A DNA stretch of 64,000 nt from Verrucomicrobiia bacterium (GCA_963664225.1 OY760937.1:32001-96000), one strand, 5' to 3'. Positions 9,930-18,839 are shown, numbered from the stretch's first letter. Notes: a model not told the origin generated them from the sequence alone. Program-made: numbers and translations.

Positions 9930-11348
9930 ATGAATTCAGACGCTGATTATAAGATAAAAGAAGTGCGGCATTTACTTGATAGTAAGCAATTTAAGGAAGC
10001 CGATGTATTTGTGCAGATGTTGGAGGATGGTTGGCTGTGTTATGTTCTAAAGGCAGACATCTGTATTGCCAAAATGAACGAGGCTAGCATTCCGCGCAAA
10101 AACATCCCGTCTTATAGCGAGAAGGCACGCACATTATGTATGCGTGCGTGGTTATCGTTGTATAATGATTCGGGTCAGGAAAGTGTGGATAAGTATCTTA
10201 GTAAAATAAAATCACAATTAAGAGACATCCTCAAAACGGAGCGCATTTGCTGCGCGCTTGGCGTGGAACGATTGAAAGAGGATGAAGTAATTCAAAAGTT
10301 TTATATAGATAGACCTGACATCCAGCGGTGTAGTCTAGGTGAGCAGTCGCTTAAAGCTCGCGATCGGCTTAAAGGTGGACTTTGGCCATTGCGGACAATT
10401 GATTCCAGTGAATATTTCCTCAAGTTTCTAAAAATATATTCATCCTATACTCCGCTAGTCTCAAGTGACAATGTGGCGCAGCATGGTGGAGGCTATTTTG
10501 CTTGCTTTGGAGGCTATGGCTGCGTTATTGACCCGGGACATCACTTCCTCGATAACTTCTTCCGCTACGGACATTCTATCCACGATATTGATTGCGTAGT
10601 AATTACTCACTTTCACGACGACCATTACGCGGATTTTCTCGCTTTACTGTCATTACTTCATCAGAGATCGAAGCTGGTAAAAACGAAAGACGGCAACAGA
10701 AAACAATCCTCCGATGAAGTTCACAAACCAGGAAGACGGCTTCGAAAGAAAGTTGATTTCTTTTTAGATGCAACGAGCTACGAAATGTTTGCATCATTGC
10801 TTTGTCCCAATAAAGGTGGAGTAAGAAAAGTTCGGTTTTGTCGACGCTTTGAAAAACTCAGTCCGGATGGTCCAATTATATCATTAGCTAAAGGGATAAC
10901 AATGAGACCAATATGTACTCAACATAATGTCTTAGGACGCAATTCTGGTGTGGGTCTTCTCTTTATGATACCGCGTCGTAAAACGAGTGTTCTGATCACC
11001 GGTGACACTGCATGGAAAGGTTGCATGCCTGAGGCTTATCGCGAATTGGCCTCTTCGATAGGCAATAAGAACTGTGTGGTAGTAGCTCATGTGAGCACTG
11101 CGTATGAGAAAGAGGTAATTGGCGGATTTTACAATAATCACTTGGCGATTCGGGGTCTTTGCCGGGTTATCGCGGCGATGAGACCAAAGCAGGTAATCCT
11201 GTCTGAAATTGGTGAGGAGTTGAGGGACAGCATCAGTGGCTTAAAAGACATTATTAAAACAGTTTATGGGTGCAAGTGTTATGTTGGATGGATTGAACAG
11301 GATTACAGTGAAACAAAGCGTGACAAACCGTTTACATACAATTTTTAA
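9930..11348 (+). CDS. Metallo-beta-lactamase-fold hydrolase with helical N-terminal region
   Basis: GGGYF...VIDPG, ITHFHDDHYAD (HxHxDH), TQHN, ITGDT, later His motifs. Confidence 0.85.
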   Translation: MNSDADYKIKEVRHLLDSKQFKEADVFVQMLEDGWLCYVLKADICIAKMNEASIPRKNIPSYSEKARTLCMRAWLSLYNDSGQESVDKYLSKIKSQLRDILKTERICCALGVERLKEDEVIQKFYIDRPDIQRCSLGEQSLKARDRLKGGLWPLRTIDSSEYFLKFLKIYSSYTPLVSSDNVAQHGGGYFACFGGYGCVIDPGHHFLDNFFRYGHSIHDIDCVVITHFHDDHYADFLALLSLLHQRSKLVKTKDGNRKQSSDEVHKPGRRLRKKVDFFLDATSYEMFASLLCPNKGGVRKVRFCRRFEKLSPDGPIISLAKGITMRPICTQHNVLGRNSGVGLLFMIPRRKTSVLITGDTAWKGCMPEAYRELASSIGNKNCVVVAHVSTAYEKEVIGGFYNNHLAIRGLCRVIAAMRPKQVILSEIGEELRDSISGLKDIIKTVYGCKCYVGWIEQDYSETKRDKPFTYNF

Positions 11349-11622
11349 TCGGGCCGCCTTTAATCTGGTTGATTCGGAGATAATTCTGGTTATTCGTAAC
11401 CACATAAAACCACTAGTGCTTTCCCAATGACAATGAAAAAAACCGCAGCCAGCACTTAGGAATTGACTGGCTATGAGTGCAAAATGACGTTTTCATTGGC
11501 ATTTGTTGTGTTCATGAAAAATCGTATTTGCCCATCGAATTGGTGGTGCGATTTTATTCGCAAAGGAAAGACTTGAAGGTGATAATCTGTGCCTTTCTGA
11601 CTCACATTTGCAATGGGAACAT

Positions 11623-11906
11623 TTAAGCTGTAACAATTAGATCGGTGCTTTTGCTTCCAAACAGCTCCATAAGCATTTTGAGTTATTTCTCGTTCGGTTG
11701 GGCAGTGCCTTTAACCCGTGATTTGACCAAACGCGCTGGTATGCCGATTTCATTGGCCAAGAAACAGAGCTGAAGGTCTGTTCGTTGGATTTGGAATTGA
11801 ATTCATTTGCTGAGTGAGCTTCCTTGCCGACGTAAACGTTTAAACCATTGCTTCCTTGAGTTTCTGAAGTGTATTTTCTCGAAATCGTGCGGGTTGCAAT
11901 GCTCAA
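11623..11906 (-). pseudogene. Decayed XRE-HTH gene
   Basis: A minus frame not shown in the ORF track reads SLSK*IQFQIQRTDLQLCFLANEIGIPARLVKSRVKGTAQPNEK*LKMLMELFG: HTH pattern with two internal stops; directly follows the intact XRE gene. Confidence 0.5.
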
Positions 11907-12445
11907 CAGTGATACTCTCCCCGATTATGGAGTCTGTGGTCAACGACTCCTAGTCGCTTGAGTTTAGCCAGGGAATTAGCAGTTGGCACACGCCGATTTG
12001 TCTCCCAGTTTTTGATTGTCTTTGCGACCACCCCGAATTCTTTGGCAAATTCCTTGCGCGTTTTTCTCAATTCGAGTCGCCTTTTTAGTAATGATTCCCC
12101 GAAAGTTATGGGGTCTTTCTTTGTTAAAAAGGCAACATCGATGGTTTCGTTGCCTAAGGGCCTTCCGAGCGCTGGATTGGTGAAAGGATCATAACCCAGA
12201 TAGGCTGTAATCTTAGGCTGTTCTGACCAACATGGATAGACCCGGTCGCATTCCCAAAGGCTCAGCGTTCGTGAGCTAATCCCCAATTTGCGAGCAGCTT
12301 GCGCTTGGCGAATTCCCGTTTGAAAACGTTTCTTTTTGAGATGTTCGCCGAGAGTTGAAGGCTCCTTTGGAATTGGAAGACTATGCGTCCAGACTGGCGC
12401 AACATTTTTGCGAGCAACGTTTACAACGAGGTCACAAGATGGCAA
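11903..12445 (-). CDS. Tandem (two-domain) XRE-HTH regulator at island boundary
   Basis: TLGEHLKKKR...QAQAARKLGIS.RTLSLWE and TFGESLLKRRLEL...KEFAKEFGV..KTIKNWETNRRVP; only a TTG start, adjacent to the comM junction. Confidence 0.85.
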   Translation of the reverse strand: MPSCDLVVNVARKNVAPVWTHSLPIPKEPSTLGEHLKKKRFQTGIRQAQAARKLGISSRTLSLWECDRVYPCWSEQPKITAYLGYDPFTNPALGRPLGNETIDVAFLTKKDPITFGESLLKRRLELRKTRKEFAKEFGVVAKTIKNWETNRRVPTANSLAKLKRLGVVDHRLHNRGEYHC

Positions 12446-12453
12446 CGTCGCGC

Positions 12454-12927
12454 AGTCCGGATGGAAAAATGCCGTCCGAGTCGCGCAGCACGCCGCACGA
12501 AATCCAGCGTTACCTGGGACGCATTTCCGGGCCGCTGCTCGATCGCATTGACATTCATGTGGAAGTTCCCGCCGTGCCGTTTCGAGAGATGGCCAACGCG
12601 CGTCCGGGAGAAAGCTCGGCGCGCATCCGCGAGCGCGTGGTGGCGGCGCGGGAACGTCAGCAGAAACGTTTCGCCCACCGGAAGGGTGTGAGTTGCAATG
12701 CCCGCATGGGCACGCGCGATCTCAAGACGCATTGCGTTCTCGAGTCCCACACCCTCGAATTGCTCAAGTCGGCCATGACCGATCAGAACCTGAGCGCCCG
12801 CGCCTACGACCGTATTCTCAAAGTCTCGCGGACCATTGCCGATCTGGACGGGCGGGACGCCATTGGCGTGGAGCACGTCATGGAAGCGGTGCAGTTCCGT
12901 TCGCTGGACCGCCAGATTTGGACGTAA
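12454..12927 (+). pseudogene. comM: 3' fragment of ComM/YifB Mg-chelatase-like AAA+ ATPase, interrupted by island
   Basis: EIQRYLGRISGPLLDRIDIHVEVP...ESSARIRERVVAARERQ...LSARAYDRILKVSRTIADL...EAVQFRSLDR; Walker A and the N-terminal two-thirds are absent. Confidence 0.92.
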
Positions 12928-12991
12928 GGCGTCCTTAGGTTCCGGATTTATTTCCGCCTTTGCTCGGAATGTGCCGGTGGAAGTGTCTTAA

Positions 12992-13155
12992 ACCCGAAAT
13001 CCGAAATAGGAACGGCCCATCTGACGCAATCATTTGGCCATCCATGGTTTGAAACCGGCTGTGGAGTATTGATTTAATACACCTTCGCCGATTGCAAATC
13101 ATGGCTGTCTCAAAGCATTGCATCGTCTTGACCATTCTTATTTCGGATTTCGGGT
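12992..13155. mobile_element. 164-bp palindromic MITE-like element, copy 1
   Basis: 17-bp perfect TIR ACCCGAAATCCGAAATA/TATTTCGGATTTCGGGT; flanked by TAA (12989-12991) and TAA (15131-15133) once the intron is removed; second copy at 61982. Confidence 0.85.
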
Positions 13156-15130
13156 GTGCGCCAGTGAAATTGGTAGCCTCGTGGGTGAAAGTCCCGCCGG
13201 TCGAATTAGACGGTTCACGACCGAAATGCAGCGTCCGGGACGAGGCCGTGAGGCCGAACCACAAGCGGGACGCTGAAAGAACTGTCGGGTCGTAACGAAA
13301 GTAAACCTCATCAAATGAGCTCCGAAACCGAAATAACCGGTAAGCCGAGCCGCTACCCGAACGGCGAAGGCAGAAACGCGGCGTCATCAAATCGTCAAAT
13401 GGGCGCTGTTGATTCCGGCGGAGTCAGCGAGGGCGACACGACAGGAAGGGAAACCAAGGTAAGCTGGGAGATCTCTGGAGGCGGGGCGATAAAGCCTCAA
13501 CCGCCGGTGCAAGGAGGAACACCCTCCGAGGCCGCACGGGCAGCCAGAGAAGTCGGAGTCTTCCATAGTAGCGAAGAAGCTGGGGCGACCAAAACCCCGG
13601 CGGAGCCAAGGGAAGGCACTTGGATCGAAGCGAATCAAAACAGCGAGGGACAGGGAGATGGCCTTGAGGGAGTGGAAACACTTTTTCAACGGATAACAAC
13701 CCCGATAAAAGTTCAAAAGCTGCAGCGAGCGCTATATTGCAAAGCCAAGGCTGAGCCGAAGTATCGGTTTTACAGCCTCTACGGAGAACTGCTGCGGAAG
13801 GACGTGCTGGAAACGGCAATGGCCTCCGTGGCGCACAACAATGGCGCGGCTGGGATCGACGGGCAGACATGCGACGTCTATCTTGCCAGCGACGAAGCCT
13901 GGGACCAATGGCGGAACCAACTGCTGGAGGAGTTACGCACGAAGAAGTATCGGCCAAGCCCGGTGAAGCGTGTGTATATACCAAAAGGAGACGGGAAGCT
14001 GCGACCCCTGGGCATCCCGACAGTGAAAGACCGGGTGGTGCAGACAGCGGTGGTGATTGTATTGCTGCCGATTCTGGAAGCCGATAGTCATCCGAACAGT
14101 TACGCCTATCATCCCAAACGCAATGCCCACCAAGCAATGGAGGCGATCAAGAAGGCTACGCTGACAGGACGCGTCGAAGTTATAGACGCGGACTTAAGCG
14201 GGTATTTTGACAGCATTCCCCACAGGCGTTTGTTGCGCATAGTGGCCAAGCGGGTCAGCGATGGAACAATTCTCAAGCTGATCGCAGGATGGCTGCGCGC
14301 GCCCGTGAATGAACCGCAAAGCGACACAGGGAAAGGCGGGACAAAGGGGGGGCAAGGTCAGAATCGACGGGGGACTCCGCAAGGCGGGGTTGTATCGCCG
14401 ATTTTAGCCAATGCATACCTCAACCAGTTGGATTGGGAAGTCAACGAACGCTGCGAACTCAAACCCGTGATGGTGAGATACGCGGATGATTTCGTGATAC
14501 TCGGACAGCCGGGGCAGGGACGGGAACTGATGGAACGACTGGAACGATGGCTGAAGCAACGCGAGTTAGTGCTCAACGAGAAGAAGACCCGCTTGGTGGA
14601 CCTCCGCCAGGATGGCATCAAATTCTTGGGATTCGCGCTAACAATGCGACAGGGGAAGGGGAAATGGAAATATCCGCATGTGGAACCCCATCCCAAGAGC
14701 CAGAAGAAGTTTCGAGACGGGATTCGGGAGAAACTCAACCGAAGCACGCTATGGCGTGATATCGGAGAGGTGATTCCCGAGCTCAACAAGAAACTCAAAG
14801 GTTGGAAGGGTTACTTTCACTACGGGAACAGCACCAAGGTGATGGGCCAGATGAACGAATACGTCAGCAGCAAGTTACAACGATGGTTGTGGCGCAAACA
14901 CGGATGTAGTCGGGCGCAATGGTCCACATACCCCAAGGAGGATCTCTATGAGCGTTATGGTTTATACCAAATGCCGGAATATGCGGCATGGAAACGATGA
15001 CGTCGAAGCGATGCAACGTATGATCCCCGGAGAGCCGGATGCGGGAAAACCGCCTGTCCGGTTCGATGAGGGGCGAAATGCGACGGTCATTGGCCACGGC
15101 CATTCAATCCGTCCATTTCGCCTACTCTAC
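13156..15130 (+). mobile_element. Group II intron, copy 1 (complete)
   Basis: 5' GTGCG; domain V GAGCCGGATGCGGGAAAACCGCCTGTCCGGTTC (15032-15064); domain VI ending CCTACTCTAC; RT ORF inside. Confidence 0.95.
13672..15000 (+). CDS. ltrA: Group II intron reverse transcriptase/maturase without endonuclease domain (start uncertain; frame open from 13315)
   Basis: GAAGIDG, RVYIPKGDGKLRPLGIPTVKDRVVQ, DADLSGYFDSIPH, GTPQGGVVSPILAN, RYADDFV, LKGWKGYF; ends with no HNH domain. Confidence 0.95.
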   Translation: METLFQRITTPIKVQKLQRALYCKAKAEPKYRFYSLYGELLRKDVLETAMASVAHNNGAAGIDGQTCDVYLASDEAWDQWRNQLLEELRTKKYRPSPVKRVYIPKGDGKLRPLGIPTVKDRVVQTAVVIVLLPILEADSHPNSYAYHPKRNAHQAMEAIKKATLTGRVEVIDADLSGYFDSIPHRRLLRIVAKRVSDGTILKLIAGWLRAPVNEPQSDTGKGGTKGGQGQNRRGTPQGGVVSPILANAYLNQLDWEVNERCELKPVMVRYADDFVILGQPGQGRELMERLERWLKQRELVLNEKKTRLVDLRQDGIKFLGFALTMRQGKGKWKYPHVEPHPKSQKKFRDGIREKLNRSTLWRDIGEVIPELNKKLKGWKGYFHYGNSTKVMGQMNEYVSSKLQRWLWRKHGCSRAQWSTYPKEDLYERYGLYQMPEYAAWKR

Positions 15131-15213
15131 TAAAAAAAAGAGTGGAAGTAACGGCTTCATAATACCTTCAGCACGACTCGTTCTGTCACCGCAAAGATCC
15201 GTGCATCTGTCAT

Positions 15214-15244
15214 TTGACGAGTCGGCATGCGCCGCGTATATAAT
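15214..15244 (+). promoter_or_regulatory. Putative sigma70 promoter for CHRD gene
   Basis: TTGACG followed 17-19 bp later by TATATAAT. Confidence 0.4.
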
Positions 15245-15290
15245 TAGAGAAAGGTAAAGTAGGTATAACCACAGCTAAACAAGGAAAACT

Positions 15291-15881
15291 ATGAAGACGC
15301 AAGTTTTATTCACGGCGTTGATGGCCTGTGGCGTGGCCGCGCAGGCCATTCCCATCACATACAAGGCCGTTCTGAATGGCGCAACCGAATCCCCTCCAAC
15401 AGCCTCCCTGGGCACAGGTTTTGCAACGGTGATCTTCGATGACGTTGCCAATACCATGAGGGTGGAGGTCAGCTTTTCAGGGTTGACGGGAACCACCACT
15501 GCCTCGCACATCCACGCCGCGACTGCAATTCCGGGGACCGGTAACGCCGGGGTGGCCACAACGGTACCGACCTTCACCGGCTTTCCACTTGGGGTCACGA
15601 GCGGCACTTATGACAACACGTTCGATTTGACCCTGTCGTCCAGCTATAATCCGGCTTACGTCACGGCCAACGGGGGGACGATTGCGAGTGCGGAAGCGGC
15701 GCTTGGGGCGGCGCTTGCGGCAGGGAAATCGTATTTGAACATTCACACGACCACAAACCCATCGGGAGAAATCCGCGGATTCCTCGCGGTGCCAGAAACC
15801 GGATCGACGCTCGGGCTCCTCGCCTTGAGCTTCTCCGGGTTGTGTTTCTTATCACGGTCCCGGGTTGCACACACAACCTGA
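15291..15881 (+). CDS. CHRD-domain protein with PEP-CTERM/VPDSG-CTERM-type sorting tail
   Basis: Signal peptide; LNGATESPP..S.GTG, ASHIH, YLNIHTTTNPSGEIRG; C-terminal VPETGSTLGLLALSFSGL...RSR. Confidence 0.9.
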   Translation: MKTQVLFTALMACGVAAQAIPITYKAVLNGATESPPTASLGTGFATVIFDDVANTMRVEVSFSGLTGTTTASHIHAATAIPGTGNAGVATTVPTFTGFPLGVTSGTYDNTFDLTLSSSYNPAYVTANGGTIASAEAALGAALAAGKSYLNIHTTTNPSGEIRGFLAVPETGSTLGLLALSFSGLCFLSRSRVAHTT

Positions 15882-15917
15882 ACACTCCAGGTGCGCGCGC
15901 GCCAGCGGAGACAGGCT

Positions 15918-16889
15918 CTAAGCCGCTGGCGTGTTTTTGGCCTCCAGTTCCTGGAGCCACTTTACAAACCGGGGAATGCCCGCTTCGATTTTCACCGAGG
16001 GATTGTAACCCAGCAGAATGCGGGCTTTGTCCACATTCGCGAAAGTCACGGGCACGTCTCCCGGCTGAAGAGGCAGGTGATTGAGAACCGCTTTCCGGCC
16101 CAGGGCCTGTTCCAAAAGATTGACCAGGCGGCTCAGGGAAACCGTCTGGGATTCGCCGAGGTTGAACACCTGGTAGCCGAGTTCCTTTTGGGTGCAGGCC
16201 AGGATGCCATCGACGATGTCGTCGATAAAGGTGTAATCGCGCCGGGTGGAGCCATCGCCGTAAAAGGGAATGGGCTGGCCCGCCATGATCAGACGCGCGA
16301 ATTTGTGAATGGCCAGATCCGGGCGCTGGCGGGGTCCATAGACGGTGAAAAAGCGGAGCATCGCCACGTCCATTCCGTAAATGTGATGATAGACATGGCC
16401 GAGGGCTTCGCAGGCCAGTTTACTGGCGGCATAGGGCGAGATGGCCTGAAAAATGGGATCGCTCTCCGTGAACGGGACTTTGGAATTCACACCATAAACC
16501 GACGAGGAAGAGGCGATGGTGATTTTTTTAACGCCCGAGAGGCGGGCCGCTTCGAGGATGTTCACCGTGCCTTCCACGTTGACCCGCTGGTAAAGGGCGG
16601 GTTCCTCCAGGCTGGGCCGCACGCCCGCGCGGGCCGCCAGGTGAATGACCTGGTCGAATTGGACGGATGCGAAACAGGCGTCCACCACGGCGCGATCCGT
16701 CAAATCGCCGCGCATAAACTCGAATGCGCCCCTCGCGGAACGCACCTCGGCGAGGTTGCGTTCCTTGATGAGCGGATCGTAGAAAGCGTTCAGATCGTCC
16801 AGGGCGCAAACGCGATGGCCGCATTGCAGCAATCGTTCGCACACATGGGAGCCGATGAAACCCGCGCCGCCTGTTACAAGGAAGTTCAT
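15918..16889 (-). CDS. NAD-dependent nucleotide-sugar epimerase (UDP-glucuronate 4-epimerase-like)
   Basis: VTGGAGFIGSH, HLAARAGVRPS, SSSSVYG, YAASK, LRFFTVYGPRQRPDLA. Confidence 0.92.
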   Translation of the reverse strand: MNFLVTGGAGFIGSHVCERLLQCGHRVCALDDLNAFYDPLIKERNLAEVRSARGAFEFMRGDLTDRAVVDACFASVQFDQVIHLAARAGVRPSLEEPALYQRVNVEGTVNILEAARLSGVKKITIASSSSVYGVNSKVPFTESDPIFQAISPYAASKLACEALGHVYHHIYGMDVAMLRFFTVYGPRQRPDLAIHKFARLIMAGQPIPFYGDGSTRRDYTFIDDIVDGILACTQKELGYQVFNLGESQTVSLSRLVNLLEQALGRKAVLNHLPLQPGDVPVTFANVDKARILLGYNPSVKIEAGIPRFVKWLQELEAKNTPAA

Positions 16890-16905
16890 GTCCCGGCATT
16901 GTTTT

Positions 16906-18771
16906 TTACCTGCGATCCGATGTCAACGAAAAGGGGACTTCGTGAATTTCCCGCGCGAACACCTCCTGATAAAATCCGCCCTTCCGGAGCAACGCCTCAT
17001 GGGTTCCCTGTTCGGCGATGCGGCCTTCCTTGAGCACAATGATCGAGTCCGCGTGTTGCACCGTGCTGAGGCGATGGGCAATGACAAAAGTGGTCCGCTG
17101 GGCGCACAAGATGCGCAGGGCCTCTTCGATTTGACGCTCTGTCTGGGAGTCCACACTGGCCATTGCGTCGTCCAGAATCAGGATGCGCGGATTCATCAGG
17201 AACGCCCGCGCGATGGCGATGCGTTGTCTCTGGCCGCCGCTCAGGGAAATGCCGCGTTCGCCGATCATGGTGTCGTAGCCCTTACCCAGCCCGGTGATGA
17301 ACTCCTCGGCCTGGGCCAGTTGGGCGCACTTTTCTATTTCGCCACGGCTGGCGCCGGGATTGCCATAGGCGATGTTTTCCGCGACCGATGCGCTGAATAG
17401 AAACGTTTCCTGGAAAATCACACCCACCGCGCGCCGCAGTTCCTCCAGCCGCAATTCCCGGATGTCCACGCCCTCCACGAGAATGCGTCCGGCAGAGACT
17501 TCGTAAAAGCGCGGGATCAAATGGACCAGCGTGGATTTGCCCGAGCCGGTCGGACCCACCACGGCAATGACCTGGCCCGGTTCCGCCCGGAAGCTTACCT
17601 CCGTGAGGGAGGGTTTATCGGGCCGGTATTCGAAAGAGACCTTGTCAAACACCACAGCGCCCCGGCCCGCGGGCAGGGAGCGTTTGCCGGATTGGATGGA
17701 GGCCGGCTCGCGCAGAATCTCAAGAATCCGTTCCGCGCTGGCGCTGGCGTTTTGAAGAATATTGGTGAACTGGCCGACCATGCCCAGGCGGTGTCCGATG
17801 GCCATCAGGTAGAAAATCACCTTGGCCAGGTCGCCGATTGGCATGCGACCGTCGATCACAAGGCGTCCACCCACCCACAGCACCAACGGCGTGCTCAGAC
17901 CGAACACGAATTGGGCCAGAGGAACGCGCGCGGCCCAGTAATTCACCGTTTTGAGCAGGTGATCGAGAAAGATTTTCTTCTTTTCGCGAAATTTGCCGAT
18001 TTCGGAGTTTTCACGCGCGAACGCCTTCACCACGCGGACCCCGGCGATGTTCTCCTGAATGACGGTTGTCATCGCGCCATGCAGGTCATGGACATGCCGC
18101 CACTGGGGCTGGAGTTTGCCCGCAAATATGCCGATCAAAACCAGCGTGGGCAGGATGCACGCCAGAGTCAGGCCGCCCAACAGCGGATGGATGGAAAAAA
18201 TGAGGACGATCGTGAGTAATAGAGTCACGCTGATGTCCACAGTCAGCAGGAGGCAGGCAAAAAGAAAATCCTGAAGCCGGTAAACGTCGGAAGTGGCCCG
18301 TGTGATCAATTCCCCGCTGCGTGTCTGGTCGTGGTAGAGAAAAGAGAGCCGCTGCAGCGCGTCGTAAATGGCCGCGCGAATGTCGCCAAGGGTTCTTTGA
18401 ACGAGCCGATTTCGCATCGGCCCCAGAACGAATCCCACGGCCGCGCGCAAGGTTACCAGGCCCAGAAAAAGCCATAACGCGTGGGAAAGGTTGAAACCGG
18501 GAACGCCCGGGATCGATTTCCTCAAACCAGTGATGGCGTTGCCCAGAATCTGGGGCAGCGTCATTTCGATGGCGATATTGACCAGCAGCAAGCCCAGGCA
18601 GCCGGCCACCTGGAATGGATAGCGCCTCAAAAATACAAGGATGCCGAGCAAATTGCCCGGCTTGACCCGTGATTTTGGCTTGGATTGTTCGGCCATGATG
18701 CGGTTTGCGGGATGGATTGAAGCCCGTGCAACCGTATGTTGCCGGTCTTTCAAGCCCCCATTGTGTAACAC
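16906..18771 (-). CDS. ABC exporter, fused permease plus ATPase (true start probably near 18696)
   Basis: TM N-terminal half; GPTGSGKST, LSGGQRQR, ILILDD, IAHRLST. Confidence 0.92.
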   Translation of the reverse strand: MLHNGGLKDRQHTVARASIHPANRIMAEQSKPKSRVKPGNLLGILVFLRRYPFQVAGCLGLLLVNIAIEMTLPQILGNAITGLRKSIPGVPGFNLSHALWLFLGLVTLRAAVGFVLGPMRNRLVQRTLGDIRAAIYDALQRLSFLYHDQTRSGELITRATSDVYRLQDFLFACLLLTVDISVTLLLTIVLIFSIHPLLGGLTLACILPTLVLIGIFAGKLQPQWRHVHDLHGAMTTVIQENIAGVRVVKAFARENSEIGKFREKKKIFLDHLLKTVNYWAARVPLAQFVFGLSTPLVLWVGGRLVIDGRMPIGDLAKVIFYLMAIGHRLGMVGQFTNILQNASASAERILEILREPASIQSGKRSLPAGRGAVVFDKVSFEYRPDKPSLTEVSFRAEPGQVIAVVGPTGSGKSTLVHLIPRFYEVSAGRILVEGVDIRELRLEELRRAVGVIFQETFLFSASVAENIAYGNPGASRGEIEKCAQLAQAEEFITGLGKGYDTMIGERGISLSGGQRQRIAIARAFLMNPRILILDDAMASVDSQTERQIEEALRILCAQRTTFVIAHRLSTVQHADSIIVLKEGRIAEQGTHEALLRKGGFYQEVFAREIHEVPFSLTSDRR

Positions 18772-18839
18772 TCAGGCAAGCTTACGCAAATCCCGGCCAC
18801 CATGCAAAGTGGAAGAGGCCTATGAAAAACACCGCTGGT

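Larger units (their letters stand above)
1..12453. mobile_element. Right part of a genomic island integrated in comM (left end outside window)
   Basis: Visibly AT-richer DNA from about 4.6 to 12.4 kb switches abruptly to GC-rich host-type DNA where a 5'-less comM starts; no comM 5' half or integrase in the window. Confidence 0.7.

Noticed and set aside
12355..12438. N-terminal extension of the comM ORF
   Set aside because: It is island sequence antisense to the XRE gene, not ComM.
12992..13155. Palindrome as integron attC or simple terminator (class C-type intron target)
   Set aside because: No RYYYAAC/GTTRRRY cassette context, integrase or U-tract. Perfect TIRs, a 3-bp duplication and EBS1/EBS2 complementarity fit a MITE better.
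13315..13671. N-terminal 119 aa of the 561-aa RT ORF (and the copy at 62305)
   Set aside because: It overlaps ribozyme domains I-III including the EBS loops; RT similarity only begins near TTPIKVQKLQR.
13156..15130. RT as retron, DGR or CRISPR-associated RT
   Set aside because: It has GTGCG and domain V/VI boundaries, a maturase region and a second copy far from the CRISPR locus, so it is a group II intron.
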